Numbered from the stretch's first letter, positions 1 to 9,581 are shown. The stretch: 64,000 nt of DNA from Candidatus Hermodarchaeota archaeon (GCA_048885925.1 JBHLLG010000002.1:38923-102922); one strand, 5' to 3'. The notes: a model not told the origin generated them from the letters alone. Translations and numbers: made by a program.

Positions 1-3000
1 ATCAATTAATATTTTTTCCTTTTCGAATAATGGGAGAAATTCTAACATTCCCTTAATTTCTGGTAAATATTTAGAAAGATTTTTTAGTTTAATATCGATC
101 AGGAAAAGAATGAGCATCATATAAAATATTTCTTCAACCGATCTTCTATTAATCCCAAGGGTGTTTAAAAATTCATTAACATTATTTTTAATCAATTTTA
201 ATGGATCGCCTGCTTTTAAAAGAGATAATCCGTGTAAAAGTATCATTAAGGTACCTGCTTCAAGATCTTTTCTTTTAGAGAAATTATATGCTAATTCTAA
301 ATATTTATTTGCCACTTCTTTAAATTTTTGTGATTTCAACAACTCTAATATTTCAGAATAATATCTTTTTCTCATTGCATCTCTTTTTTTCTTAGAATCT
401 TCCTTACCACTTTTAATATCACCTATTTTTGATTGAATTTTACCAAATTTCTGGTCTATTTCTATAATTTCTTCTTCTTTCAAATGTACAACTGCTTTAA
501 TTTCCGTTTCTAGAACTTCTTCTTTTTTATATTCTTCACCTAAAATATCAGATATTAACATCATTTCCTCTTCAAATAATGGGAGGCTTTCAAAAAAAGC
601 TAATGATTCTTTAGAAGGTAGTTCATTATGAAGAGTTTTCATATCTAATATATATTCTATTAAAGTAACCGGAAAAGTATTAGAAAATAATTCTGCTAAA
701 CCAGATAATTTTGTTTTTGTCTCATCCAACAATTTTTTAATCTCGTCAAATTTTCCTTCTCTCATTAAAATTAAACTTGCCACAGCTAAAGAAACTCCTG
801 CTAGGTTATATTTGTTTTGTAAATTTAGATTATTAATATCACTTTTATATATTTCAAGAGCTTGATTATAATGGTGGTTTTTTAAATGGATTAAAGCATC
901 CTTACAATAAACAGTTCTTTCTCTCTTTTGTTTTTCTTTATCTAAGAGTGCTTCCCGTGCTCGATTTTCTAAAATTGATGGCATTTCTTTTATCTCTTCT
1001 CCTTTGCGAGATTCTTTAGCTTTCTTAGATCTAATTTCGCTCTTTTTAGCTTCAATTTTTTCTATTTGTCCATGAATTTCAGCTTTATAGCCCTTATCTT
1101 CAATTTTATCATTATAAACTTGGGCTAAATGCAAATCATCCAGTTTAATATAAATATTAGCGATTTTATAATTGATTTCATCAAAAATATTTTGTTTAAT
1201 TTCTTCCTTTTCTAAATATTTTGATCCTATATTTAGAACTTTTTTTACTAATTCTTCTGCTTTATTAACTCCAGACGGATCTGATTCTTTGTCCAAAATT
1301 CTTAATGCTTCATTTATAATTACTTCGATAAAAATTAAACTAATTTCTTTTGATTGATCATAAAGTATTTCTTTTCGATATATATTAATAGAATTTTCAA
1401 AAACTAGTTCAGACCATTTATAATCATTTAAATCCATGACATCTTTTAATTTTTGGAAATATTTAGGAAAAATTCTGGTTAAATACTTTGATTTCATATC
1501 TATTGATAATTCATTGAAGATTAAAAAAAACGCTTCAAATTCTAGGCCCTCTAATAATATATCTAAAGATTTTGTTAGAATTTGATCTCTAATCTCTTCT
1601 TTTCCAATCTTTTTAAGGTATTCACCATGTTTTCTTAAGTGATTTGCTGCCTTTAAATAATTACCTTGTTTAGAAAGTTCATTAGCTTCATTAATTTTTT
1701 GAGTATTTAACTCAATAATGATCATTCTTTCGTTTTCAACAAAATCCCTTATTACTTCGATTCCCCTGTTCAGATAATCTTCAACCTCTTTCTTCTTTAT
1801 AGTTTTATATCTATCTTCAAATTCATCTCTAATTTTAGCTAATTTTTGCTTTAATTTGCTTGAGTTTAACTTATTTATAAGAATTGTGGCTACTGCAAAA
1901 AGATCTTCTTCTAAAAATTGGTTAATAAGACCTTCTAAAGTTGAATCCAAATTCAATCTTTTTACATTATATGAATCCCACATGTTTTCAATTTCATCAT
2001 AAGTATTTCTAGCATCAGAATTTTTTTTCTGATTTACTTGTTGTTTAAAAAGTGTAATTAAAATTTCATTCAATTTATTAGTCAAATCTTTTAATTCGTC
2101 AAAAAGAGCCCCACGCTGATATTTATCAATAGCTAGATATAATTGGCTTTTGGCTAAACTAAAATCACTTTTTTTAACTAAAAAATCAGCAGAAGCACAA
2201 ATTTTATCTGAAATTTCTTTTAATAATGCAATTACTGCTTGATGAGGTAAACTCTCAAGTATTCTAAAAGCGTCTTCAACTCTACAAGCAGAAATCCATG
2301 AATTTATTGCTGAGCGAAAAGCTTCATGAGTTAATTCTTTATCTAAAAATTCTAAACTTGCCCAATGAGCTGCTATTTCATAATTTCTTGCTGCGCGTTC
2401 AAATTCATTCCTATTGAAATAAAGATTGCCTTCTCTTATAATAGCATCTGCGTATAATCTTTTAAAATTCTTCGATTTTCGATTATCTACATCTTCTAAT
2501 ATTTTACTTGCTTCTAAATATAAATTAATTTTAGAATAAAGATACGCTGCTTGTTCACAAATTATAAAAAATTCTTCTTTATTATAGATATCAGCAATTT
2601 GGGCAGCTTTTCTTACAGCTTGGGCAGCATATAAATAATTTTGGTTATTAAAATAAATATTCGCCATTTGTATAAATATAGGAAATCGCATCCAGGCATT
2701 CTCTATGTTTAATGGAGTATCACTATTAATCATAGCTAAGCATAAAGATTGAAGTGCTTGATGAAAATCATGAGGAGCAAGATTTGCAAATGCTTCTAAA
2801 CTAGGGAAATTAACCCAAATATGTGTTAATAATTCATTTACAGATATTGGGAGAATTCCATTTCGATCATAAAATAATATAATTGTTGGGATATCGCGTT
2901 TTATAGAAAAAATATCTGGAAGAATCATTTCAAATAATTCTGATTCTTCTTGTACAATTGGATTTAAAAAGTAAATGATTCCATCCGCAGTTGATATAAT

Positions 3001-3198
3001 TTCATCTAAATCAGCAGAAATGCTTGTAAGAGCGTCAATTTCTAACTCACAAATATTATCTAAAACCTTGATTTCCTTATACCAAGAAACATAAGTGTCT
3101 TTATCCTCACCAGGTTCTCCAAATGCTCTTGAGATAAAAAAGTGAATTGCATCAAGATCTGAACCGAGAATTAGAGTTCTAAAATGAAATATTGACAT
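1..3198 (-). CDS. Large helical-repeat (TPR-like) protein with N-terminal degenerate small-GTPase-like domain; partial, C-terminus lies beyond the left edge
   Basis: Not in the supplied ORF track, because no stop falls inside the window. The minus-strand frame from ATG at 3198..3196 (MSIFHFRTLILGSDLDAIHFF...) stays open for all 1066 codons down to base 1, spot-checked at 1-60, 361-420, 1141-1200, 1501-1560 and 2041-2100. The first ~165 aa follow a small-GTPase strand/helix pattern, but the P-loop, DxxG and NKxD positions are replaced (ILGSDLDAIHF, LEIDALTS, ILFYDRNG). The rest is helical and TPR-like (NYLYAAQAVRKAAQIADIY, GNLYFNRNEFERAARNYEIAA). Confidence 0.6.
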   Translation of the reverse strand, partial: MSIFHFRTLILGSDLDAIHFFISRAFGEPGEDKDTYVSWYKEIKVLDNICELEIDALTSISADLDEIISTADGIIYFLNPIVQEESELFEMILPDIFSIKRDIPTIILFYDRNGILPISVNELLTHIWVNFPSLEAFANLAPHDFHQALQSLCLAMINSDTPLNIENAWMRFPIFIQMANIYFNNQNYLYAAQAVRKAAQIADIYNKEEFFIICEQAAYLYSKINLYLEASKILEDVDNRKSKNFKRLYADAIIREGNLYFNRNEFERAARNYEIAAHWASLEFLDKELTHEAFRSAINSWISACRVEDAFRILESLPHQAVIALLKEISDKICASADFLVKKSDFSLAKSQLYLAIDKYQRGALFDELKDLTNKLNEILITLFKQQVNQKKNSDARNTYDEIENMWDSYNVKRLNLDSTLEGLINQFLEEDLFAVATILINKLNSSKLKQKLAKIRDEFEDRYKTIKKKEVEDYLNRGIEVIRDFVENERMIIIELNTQKINEANELSKQGNYLKAANHLRKHGEYLKKIGKEEIRDQILTKSLDILLEGLEFEAFFLIFNELSIDMKSKYLTRIFPKYFQKLKDVMDLNDYKWSELVFENSINIYRKEILYDQSKEISLIFIEVIINEALRILDKESDPSGVNKAEELVKKVLNIGSKYLEKEEIKQNIFDEINYKIANIYIKLDDLHLAQVYNDKIEDKGYKAEIHGQIEKIEAKKSEIRSKKAKESRKGEEIKEMPSILENRAREALLDKEKQKRERTVYCKDALIHLKNHHYNQALEIYKSDINNLNLQNKYNLAGVSLAVASLILMREGKFDEIKKLLDETKTKLSGLAELFSNTFPVTLIEYILDMKTLHNELPSKESLAFFESLPLFEEEMMLISDILGEEYKKEEVLETEIKAVVHLKEEEIIEIDQKFGKIQSKIGDIKSGKEDSKKKRDAMRKRYYSEILELLKSQKFKEVANKYLELAYNFSKRKDLEAGTLMILLHGLSLLKAGDPLKLIKNNVNEFLNTLGINRRSVEEIFYMMLILFLIDIKLKNLSKYLPEIKGMLEFLPLFEKEKILID

Positions 3199-3393
3199 GC
3201 GTTATATAGATTAATTATTCTTTTAAATTTCTACTGATTGATTGATTTTATTTCAATTATAAAGATTTTTAAACACATAAAATTAATATTATAATTCTTA
3301 TGAAATTATTTTAAAATAATAGAAATCATTTAATAATAATTAATTGAGTTTGAGAATTTATATTTTTGTTTTGATTTATCTGGAGAATAAACA

Positions 3394-4056
3394 TTGAATT
3401 ACTTAGAAAGAAATTACAATCTTATAAAAGAACGAATGATTCAGCAAATGGAAAATTCATTTATACTAGGAAGAAAGCTTATTGATTCAGAAGTAGATAC
3501 AGGATTATTAAATTTTATTGTTAAACCATTAATTAAAACTTTTTATGACTATTGGTCTAAAAATGAAGCGAAATCTGGAACCTTAAAACAAATTCGAATT
3601 ACATTAGATTGTGGAAAAGAAATATTACTTAATGGAAAAACTGACCAAAGTTTTAATAAAACAATTGATGATAATTTTCTAAAGTATCTAGCCAATGATC
3701 AAACGTATCTTCAGTGTTCAAAATCGCATAAAAATTATGAAAAATTAAAAAATGTTGCTAAAAGTACTTTTAAAAATTATTTAAAAGAAGTAGTAAAGCT
3801 ATTAGAAGTTAAAGATGAAATTGAAAATTATGGAGATTTATGTAGAGTGGCTTTTCCCTCGAAAGATATAGCGAAGCAAAATTTAATGAATCAATTAGAA
3901 TATACAGATAAAGGTATTCAAATCGTTGAAGAAGATCCTTCTATTCTTAAAGTTCCCGTTGGAAGAAAGATTATCGTAAAAGCATTAAGAAAAGGGTTTG
4001 AAGAGACTAAAGCAGAATTCATTAAAGCTCTTGATGAAACATATAATCAAAAATAA
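3394..4056 (+). CDS. Hypothetical helical protein, tandem paralogue 1 (TTG start)
   Basis: 220-aa ORF. Colinear with the next ORF, with about half of positions identical by eye (ERNY..L..RMI.QME.S...G..LIDSE.DTG.LN..VKP..K.FY.YWS...AK.GTLKQIR.TLD ... SILKVP.G.KII.K.LRKGFE.TK). I do not recognise the family. Confidence 0.6.
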   Translation: MNYLERNYNLIKERMIQQMENSFILGRKLIDSEVDTGLLNFIVKPLIKTFYDYWSKNEAKSGTLKQIRITLDCGKEILLNGKTDQSFNKTIDDNFLKYLANDQTYLQCSKSHKNYEKLKNVAKSTFKNYLKEVVKLLEVKDEIENYGDLCRVAFPSKDIAKQNLMNQLEYTDKGIQIVEEDPSILKVPVGRKIIVKALRKGFEETKAEFIKALDETYNQK

Positions 4057-4113
4057 TTAATTTCATGAATAATTTTAACATTTATTTATACATCTAATTT
4101 TAGGGAAATTAAT

Positions 4114-4773
4114 ATGGATTTTATCGAAAGAAACTATGGAATTTTAGAAAAAAGGATGATCGAGCAAATGGAAACATCTCTTAATTACGGTAAAGAATTA
4201 ATTGATTCTGAATTAGATACGGGTGCGTTAAACGTAGTAGTTAAGCCCATTGTCAAATCTTTTTATAATTATTGGTCAGATAAAGATGCCAAAGTGGGAA
4301 CATTGAAACAAATTCGAGTCACTCTAGATTCCGCTAAAGAATTTTTAATGAATGGAGATGGTTTAAAAGAACGTTTGGATAGAATTATTAATAGAAATTT
4401 CCCTATTTACCTAAAACATGACCAGACGGATAAACAATGTAAAAAAAATCACCATAATTACCATAAACTGAAGGAAGTAACAAAAAAATGCTTTATTACT
4501 CAGGTTGAAGAAACTTTATTATTTCTGAAAGTTAATGAGGATATTAAAAATTATAGTGATTTATCAAGAGCCGCATTTAAATCAAAGGAAAAAGCATACC
4601 AAGCATTAAAACGTCAATTGGATTATAATGAGGAAGGTATAGCAATTGTAGAAAAGGATGATAGCATTTTAAAAGTACCGACTGGAAAGAAAATTATTTT
4701 AAAAGTTCTTAGAAAAGGTTTTGAGTTAACGAAACAGAAATTACTTGAAGAACTTGATCAAATTTTTAATTAA
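4114..4773 (+). CDS. Hypothetical helical protein, tandem paralogue 2
   Basis: 219-aa ORF with an ATG start. Paralogous to 3394..4056 over its full length. Confidence 0.6.
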   Translation: MDFIERNYGILEKRMIEQMETSLNYGKELIDSELDTGALNVVVKPIVKSFYNYWSDKDAKVGTLKQIRVTLDSAKEFLMNGDGLKERLDRIINRNFPIYLKHDQTDKQCKKNHHNYHKLKEVTKKCFITQVEETLLFLKVNEDIKNYSDLSRAAFKSKEKAYQALKRQLDYNEEGIAIVEKDDSILKVPTGKKIILKVLRKGFELTKQKLLEELDQIFN

Positions 4774-4821
4774 TATTTAATCTTGTTTAAAATTAAAATA
4801 TAGAGCGCGTTATTATTCACA

Positions 4822-5868
4822 TTGAATGAAATTCCTAAAGATATAGAAAGAAAAAATTATTTGCGATTTATATTTTTAAATTTATTAATCATTGCTTTTA
4901 TTATAATCTCTTACGTATATATTTCTGAACCTTTTGGCTCAATATCTAGTATTTTTGTAAACAATCAAGAGTTTTCAATTCAATTTGGTACAACTCTTCT
5001 AATATTCACCTTTTTCTCTATATTAGCAGGACCAATTCATGGATTAATTACTGGATTTTTAGGAGAACTACTTTTTCAATTAGCATTTTATGAAACTCTA
5101 TATTTTGAATGGTGTTTTATTGTTGCTTTATTAGGATTTTTATTAGGAATCTACAAATACAGTCCATTAAAATATCATGAAGGGATTAAGGTATATTATA
5201 CTTTTATAATTCTAATGATTATTTCTTTAACAATTTCAGGTTTAATTATTGCAATTCAATTTTTCCTTTATGCAGACCAACAATCACTTGAAATAATTGT
5301 TATCAATTATGGGTTTAAATTTTTTCTTATAGCCCTTATTTCAATTATATTTATAATTCCTATATTATTGTTTATATATGATAGAATTTTTGCTAAAGAG
5401 GAACAAAATTTATATTACTTATTTTTAACCCACCATCCTCTTTCTGCAATTGATCACACCTTTTTTCTTCAATTTGGTCGAACTAAAATATATTTCTGTA
5501 CAAGATGCTCGGGAGTCATAATCGGAGGGTTGATAGCGTTATTTTCAACATATTTATTACAGAAAATTTATCAAGTGGAATTTGGTGCTGAAATTGCTTT
5601 ACTTCTTTGTATTATCCTCCCTATCCCAGGAATAATTGACTGGGGAACTCAAAGACTTTTATTAAGAAAAAGTACCACAGAATCTAGAATATTTACAGGA
5701 TTTATTATAGGAACTGCTCTACATTTCATGTCTTACACGTATAAATATTATTTTTATACATTATTAATCCTAATAATTTATTTTTCAATATTTGGACTTT
5801 TTGTGTATTTTGGTCATAGAAAAGAAATGCAACTTTTAAGAGAAGATGTAGATAAGATTCCTATTTAA
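4822..5868 (+). CDS. Polytopic membrane protein, C-terminal half DUF2085-like (CxxC membrane domain)
   Basis: 348 aa with many hydrophobic segments. The motif KIYFCTRCSGVIIGGLIA resembles the CaRCtG signature of the DUF2085 predicted membrane proteins. TTG start. Confidence 0.5.
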   Translation: MNEIPKDIERKNYLRFIFLNLLIIAFIIISYVYISEPFGSISSIFVNNQEFSIQFGTTLLIFTFFSILAGPIHGLITGFLGELLFQLAFYETLYFEWCFIVALLGFLLGIYKYSPLKYHEGIKVYYTFIILMIISLTISGLIIAIQFFLYADQQSLEIIVINYGFKFFLIALISIIFIIPILLFIYDRIFAKEEQNLYYLFLTHHPLSAIDHTFFLQFGRTKIYFCTRCSGVIIGGLIALFSTYLLQKIYQVEFGAEIALLLCIILPIPGIIDWGTQRLLLRKSTTESRIFTGFIIGTALHFMSYTYKYYFYTLLILIIYFSIFGLFVYFGHRKEMQLLREDVDKIPI

Positions 5869-5885
5869 GAATAATTGTATAGATC

Positions 5886-6401
5886 ATGAAAAAAATACAG
5901 AATGTAATTTTTATTCACGGACTTGAAAGTTCAGGAAAAGGATTCAAAGGCAGGCTACTTCAAAAAGAAATAATTGAATGCATTACTCCAGATTTTGAAG
6001 TATATGACCCTAATATATCAATGGAAAGATTATTAAAAATTAGAATGGAACAATTATATACAATTTTAAGAGATAAAGAACCATGGATTATTATAGGGAG
6101 TAGTTTTGGTGGCTTGATGGCAACATTATATACTCTAAAAAATCCTGATAAAGTTTCTAAATTAATTTTATTAGCACCTTATTTGTTAATTCCCGAATTA
6201 ATCAATAAAACTTATTCTCCAATAAATGTTCCTGTAATTATATTTCATGGTAAGTATGATAGAGTTGTCTCGTTACGCCAATCTCGTAAGTATGCTGAAA
6301 AATTATTTACTAATCTCACATACAATATAGTGGATGACGACCACTTTCTTCATAAAATGGTTGTATCTATTGATTGGAAGCTTTTAATTGAAAGATTCTG
6401 A
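5886..6401 (+). CDS. Small alpha/beta-fold hydrolase (esterase-like)
   Basis: IFIHGLESSGKG (oxyanion region), nucleophile elbow GSSFGG (GxSxG), IIFHGKYDRVV and DDDHF (Asp/His). Starts 17 nt after the upstream gene. Confidence 0.7.
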   Translation: MKKIQNVIFIHGLESSGKGFKGRLLQKEIIECITPDFEVYDPNISMERLLKIRMEQLYTILRDKEPWIIIGSSFGGLMATLYTLKNPDKVSKLILLAPYLLIPELINKTYSPINVPVIIFHGKYDRVVSLRQSRKYAEKLFTNLTYNIVDDDHFLHKMVVSIDWKLLIERF

Positions 6402-6436
6402 CTCAAACTGAATTTATATAATATAACATATCAAAA

Positions 6437-6447
6437 ATTGGACTCCA
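6437..6447. promoter_or_regulatory. Palindromic motif copy ATTGGACTCCA (A-run upstream, T-run downstream)
   Basis: aaaaATTGGACTCCAttttttttt lies in the 114-bp gap between the hydrolase and the zinc-ribbon membrane gene, about 70-110 nt upstream of that gene's possible starts. The same 10-mer recurs at 54190, 55821 and 56872. Confidence 0.35.
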
Positions 6448-6515
6448 TTTTTTTTTTAATCAGTTAATCACATCTTTTTATTAAAAAAAATAAGAAAATA
6501 AAAAGTTGATAAATT

Positions 6516-7001
6516 TTGAATTGGGAGAATTTTTTTAATGATATTAATATGTGGTATAATATTTTTATCGACTGGTATTTAGAGCAACCGATTTATGGCC
6601 AAGTGTTTGCTTTGATAGGAATAATTGCTCTTATAGCTTTATTGATTACACTTATCTATTTTATTATAAAAGGAATTGCTTATTTAGTATATTATATTTT
6701 TAAAGGATTATACTATCTTCTTAGATATATAGGTTATGGATTCTATAAACTGTTCGAAGGATTCTACTACTTAGTTTCAGGAAAATCAAAATCTTCAAAT
6801 CAAATAGATCTCCAGGCAAATATTAATGAAAATTTTACTAGTGAATATCATTATAATTTAGAATATTGTAGTGAATGCGGGAGGAAATTTTCTGAAAAAA
6901 TGAAATATAGCTTGGAAAGAAATGGGATGGTTTTTTGTGTGAATTGTGGAAAAAAATTCATCAGAAATAATAATCTAAAATCTATTACCCTTTCTCATTA
7001 A
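6516..7001 (+). CDS. Membrane protein with C-terminal zinc ribbon
   Basis: 161 aa with N-terminal hydrophobic helices. C-terminal CSECGRKF...CVNCGKKF forms a CxxC...CxxC ribbon. TTG start, with an alternative ATG at MWYNIF. Confidence 0.5.
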   Translation: MNWENFFNDINMWYNIFIDWYLEQPIYGQVFALIGIIALIALLITLIYFIIKGIAYLVYYIFKGLYYLLRYIGYGFYKLFEGFYYLVSGKSKSSNQIDLQANINENFTSEYHYNLEYCSECGRKFSEKMKYSLERNGMVFCVNCGKKFIRNNNLKSITLSH

Positions 7002-7080
7002 TGAAAATTTATATCTGTTTAAAGAAAAAAAATTAAAGTAAAGGAACAAAAATATATTTATAAAGGTGTAGTTAAAAAAT

Positions 7081-8670
7081 ATGGCTGTTTATATTTGTAG
7101 AACATGCAATTATGCATTTCCAGATGAACTTTCACATTTAATAGAAAATAATATTCAAGTATATTGTGAAAGGTGTGGTTCACCTTTTAATTTAGAAGGA
7201 GTTAAATTTAGACCTGCTCCAACTCCATATATAAGAGATAAAAAGCCATATCGTACTTTATCTGAAAGTAAATCATCTAATTTAGAAAAAGTTATTCGTA
7301 GTTTGGATAAAATATCCCTTATTCCAATAATTATATTTACTATTATTAGTTTTATTTGGATTTTTGAGATCTTTTTTGATCCAAGCAATTGGTTTGATAT
7401 TCTTTTTAGATATGGACTTCAAGGATTTATTGGATTTTTCATCATAATATATGATAGTTCTTATATTTCATCTAAAATAAAAGAAAAAAATTATAACGTC
7501 ATATTTCTTGATGCCTTCTGTTGGGGAATTTTAGGTTGTGTCCTGTACGGTACTGGCGTAATTCTTCTTATTAAAGGAATATTTATAATTCTCTATGTAA
7601 TAACTGATAAAAAGAATAATTCCTTAAAGATTTATGACTTTGGATTACTAATTAAGAATTCTCTAAATTATTTTTCAGCTAAAGCTGGCTTTTTAATTAT
7701 ATTATTCGGAATTTATGGGATTTATTTAGGAGATAATTATTTATTAGGATATGATACTTTAACAACTTTAAGAATATTCGATTTCTCTTTTGACATATCT
7801 GATTACTTTTTAACTTTAGCTATTTTGTTTATAATATCATTCATAGCTCTTATAATAGATTTTAAATCAAGAGGCAAACTTAAAGAGAAAAATGAATTTA
7901 AAGTAGGAAACGCAGTTCCAATAATTATTAGAGGAATTTTAGGAGTTATATTTTTCGCTGCCGGAATTTTTATATTATTAAAAGGAATTGTTGTTATTTT
8001 CTTATCTTTTGGAAAACCTTCTGAAATAATAAGCACCACTCCTGTAGAGGAAAAACCAGTATATTATATTCCATCTCCTCCAAGCCCTCCAAAACCTCCA
8101 GCGCCACCTATAGTTCCATATAGAGAAGTAGTGCCGTCCCAGGAAATTACTTTGAAAGATGAACAACAAAAAATTAAAGAAGTTGAACAACCAATTAGAA
8201 AAGAGCCAGAAAAGATTGAAACTCTTATAGCTAAAGAACTTGAAGAAATTCCTATTAAAGTAGATAAAGAAGAAAAAGCAAAAAGGGAAGAAGAATTTGA
8301 ATTAAAATTGCATGATTCTCTTTTACCTGTTAAAGATGAAAAAGATAAGAAATTAGTTAAAGAATATTTCTCAAAAATATTTGCTGTACTTTCAAAGGAA
8401 TTAAGGAATCAAATAAATGATTTAAAAATTTCTAAAAAAGAGAAGAAGGAATTATTAGAAGAGCTAGCCTTCTTAACAAAAGAGGAGCAAGTAAAATATA
8501 TTGCTGCTTTAGTTGATTTATACAAAGAAATACCCAAAAAATTAATTAACAGGATTCGTAAGCTTCCTAATGTTAAACCTAAACATTATGATAAGATTGT
8601 AGAACAACTGAAATATATGGATTATGAGGAACAAATAAAGTTCATTCAATTTTTAGAGGAAAACGCCTAA
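7081..8670 (+). CDS. Zinc-ribbon / multi-TM / proline-rich linker / K,E-rich coiled-coil protein
   Basis: N-terminal CRTCNYAF...CERCGSPF ribbon and about 8 hydrophobic segments, including IWIFEIFFDPSNWF. Pro-rich PSPPSPPKPPAPP linker. The C-terminal charged helical region has a repeated EEQ[VI]K[YF]I motif. Confidence 0.55.
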   Translation: MAVYICRTCNYAFPDELSHLIENNIQVYCERCGSPFNLEGVKFRPAPTPYIRDKKPYRTLSESKSSNLEKVIRSLDKISLIPIIIFTIISFIWIFEIFFDPSNWFDILFRYGLQGFIGFFIIIYDSSYISSKIKEKNYNVIFLDAFCWGILGCVLYGTGVILLIKGIFIILYVITDKKNNSLKIYDFGLLIKNSLNYFSAKAGFLIILFGIYGIYLGDNYLLGYDTLTTLRIFDFSFDISDYFLTLAILFIISFIALIIDFKSRGKLKEKNEFKVGNAVPIIIRGILGVIFFAAGIFILLKGIVVIFLSFGKPSEIISTTPVEEKPVYYIPSPPSPPKPPAPPIVPYREVVPSQEITLKDEQQKIKEVEQPIRKEPEKIETLIAKELEEIPIKVDKEEKAKREEEFELKLHDSLLPVKDEKDKKLVKEYFSKIFAVLSKELRNQINDLKISKKEKKELLEELAFLTKEEQVKYIAALVDLYKEIPKKLINRIRKLPNVKPKHYDKIVEQLKYMDYEEQIKFIQFLEENA

Positions 8671-8672
8671 AA

Positions 8673-9566
8673 ATGTCTTTAGAAAAAAAAAGAGAACCTA
8701 GAGGAACTAAAGAGAAAGAAGAGCTCCAAGAGAGTTCATTTAGGCGACTTGATTTTAAACCATTACAAGAAGTAGTCGAACTAGAAGAGAAAAAATTAGA
8801 TAAAGAGGAAATAGTTGAAGAATTAACTGAAATAGAAAAGGATGTATTAGAAATTGCTAAAGATATCTTAAAATTAAAGCGTTATGGTACTGAGTTTGAA
8901 ATTGAATCGGAAAGTCAAATCCAAAAATATCCAATAATTGAGAAGTTATATGCTAAATGTATTGCTAAACTTTCTTATAAGAAAGGATATAGTAAAGAAG
9001 AAATTTTTCTAGGCATAAGAAGTTTAGAGGCGAAAAATTGGATCGTAACAAATGAGAGACGTACTAAATTAGAGATCCTTAGTAATGAAAAATTGGTAAA
9101 AATACTTGATTTCATTAAAAATAACCCGGGAATCCATGCTAGAGATGATAAAATCGAGGAAGAATTAGAAATAACCAGAACTCCTTTTTTAAAACACGTA
9201 ATGACACTTGAAAGATTTAATCTGATAAGATCTAAAAAAATAGGAAAAACTCTTCATTATTTTTTAAGTGATATGCCAGATGATTATGATAAATTTAAAG
9301 TTATTTTTCTAAATCCTTTAATTCCCAAAATTTTAGAAGAATTATTTAAAGATGAAGAAATTTCAGTTTCTCAGATTGGAGAAAATTTAGATATGTATTC
9401 TGGTACAATTTTATACCATATTAAAAAATTAAAAGAACTTAATCTTATAAGAACTACAAGAAATAAATCTAACAACAAAATATTTTTGGTAAATTTTGAG
9501 CTTCTCAAAAAATATAATACCTTTTTTGATGAACCCGATTTTAGTCAGCTGCTAAAAGGATTTTAA
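8673..9566 (+). CDS. Multi winged-helix (ArsR/HTH_20-like) DNA-binding protein with acidic N-terminus
   Basis: Starts 2 nt after the stop of 7081..8670. Two clear wHTH units: ILDFIKNNPGIHARD...ITRTPFLKHVMTLERFNLIRSKKIGKTLHYF, and ISVSQIGENLDMYSGTILYHIKKLKELNLIRTTR..KIFL. Confidence 0.55.
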   Translation: MSLEKKREPRGTKEKEELQESSFRRLDFKPLQEVVELEEKKLDKEEIVEELTEIEKDVLEIAKDILKLKRYGTEFEIESESQIQKYPIIEKLYAKCIAKLSYKKGYSKEEIFLGIRSLEAKNWIVTNERRTKLEILSNEKLVKILDFIKNNPGIHARDDKIEEELEITRTPFLKHVMTLERFNLIRSKKIGKTLHYFLSDMPDDYDKFKVIFLNPLIPKILEELFKDEEISVSQIGENLDMYSGTILYHIKKLKELNLIRTTRNKSNNKIFLVNFELLKKYNTFFDEPDFSQLLKGF

Positions 9567-9581
9567 TTAAAGAATTTTAGA

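Noticed and set aside
161-1357. Track ORFs 161..361 (+) and 1172..1357 (+)
   Set aside because: Both lie antisense inside the uninterrupted 1066-codon minus-strand frame 1..3198. Their sequence is low-complexity F/L/S/I-rich, typical of antisense frames in AT-rich DNA.
7155-8190. Minus-strand ORFs 7155..7388, 7803..8039 and 8002..8190
   Set aside because: They are antisense to the 529-aa zinc-ribbon membrane protein. The third is just the reverse reading of the Pro-rich linker (W/R-rich), and none has a motif.
8673-9566. Possible ESCRT-II (Vps25/EAP30-like) tandem winged-helix protein
   Set aside because: The wH units look like ordinary ArsR/HTH_20 DNA-binding domains with recognition helices. 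No Vps4, ESCRT-III or other ESCRT genes are nearby.
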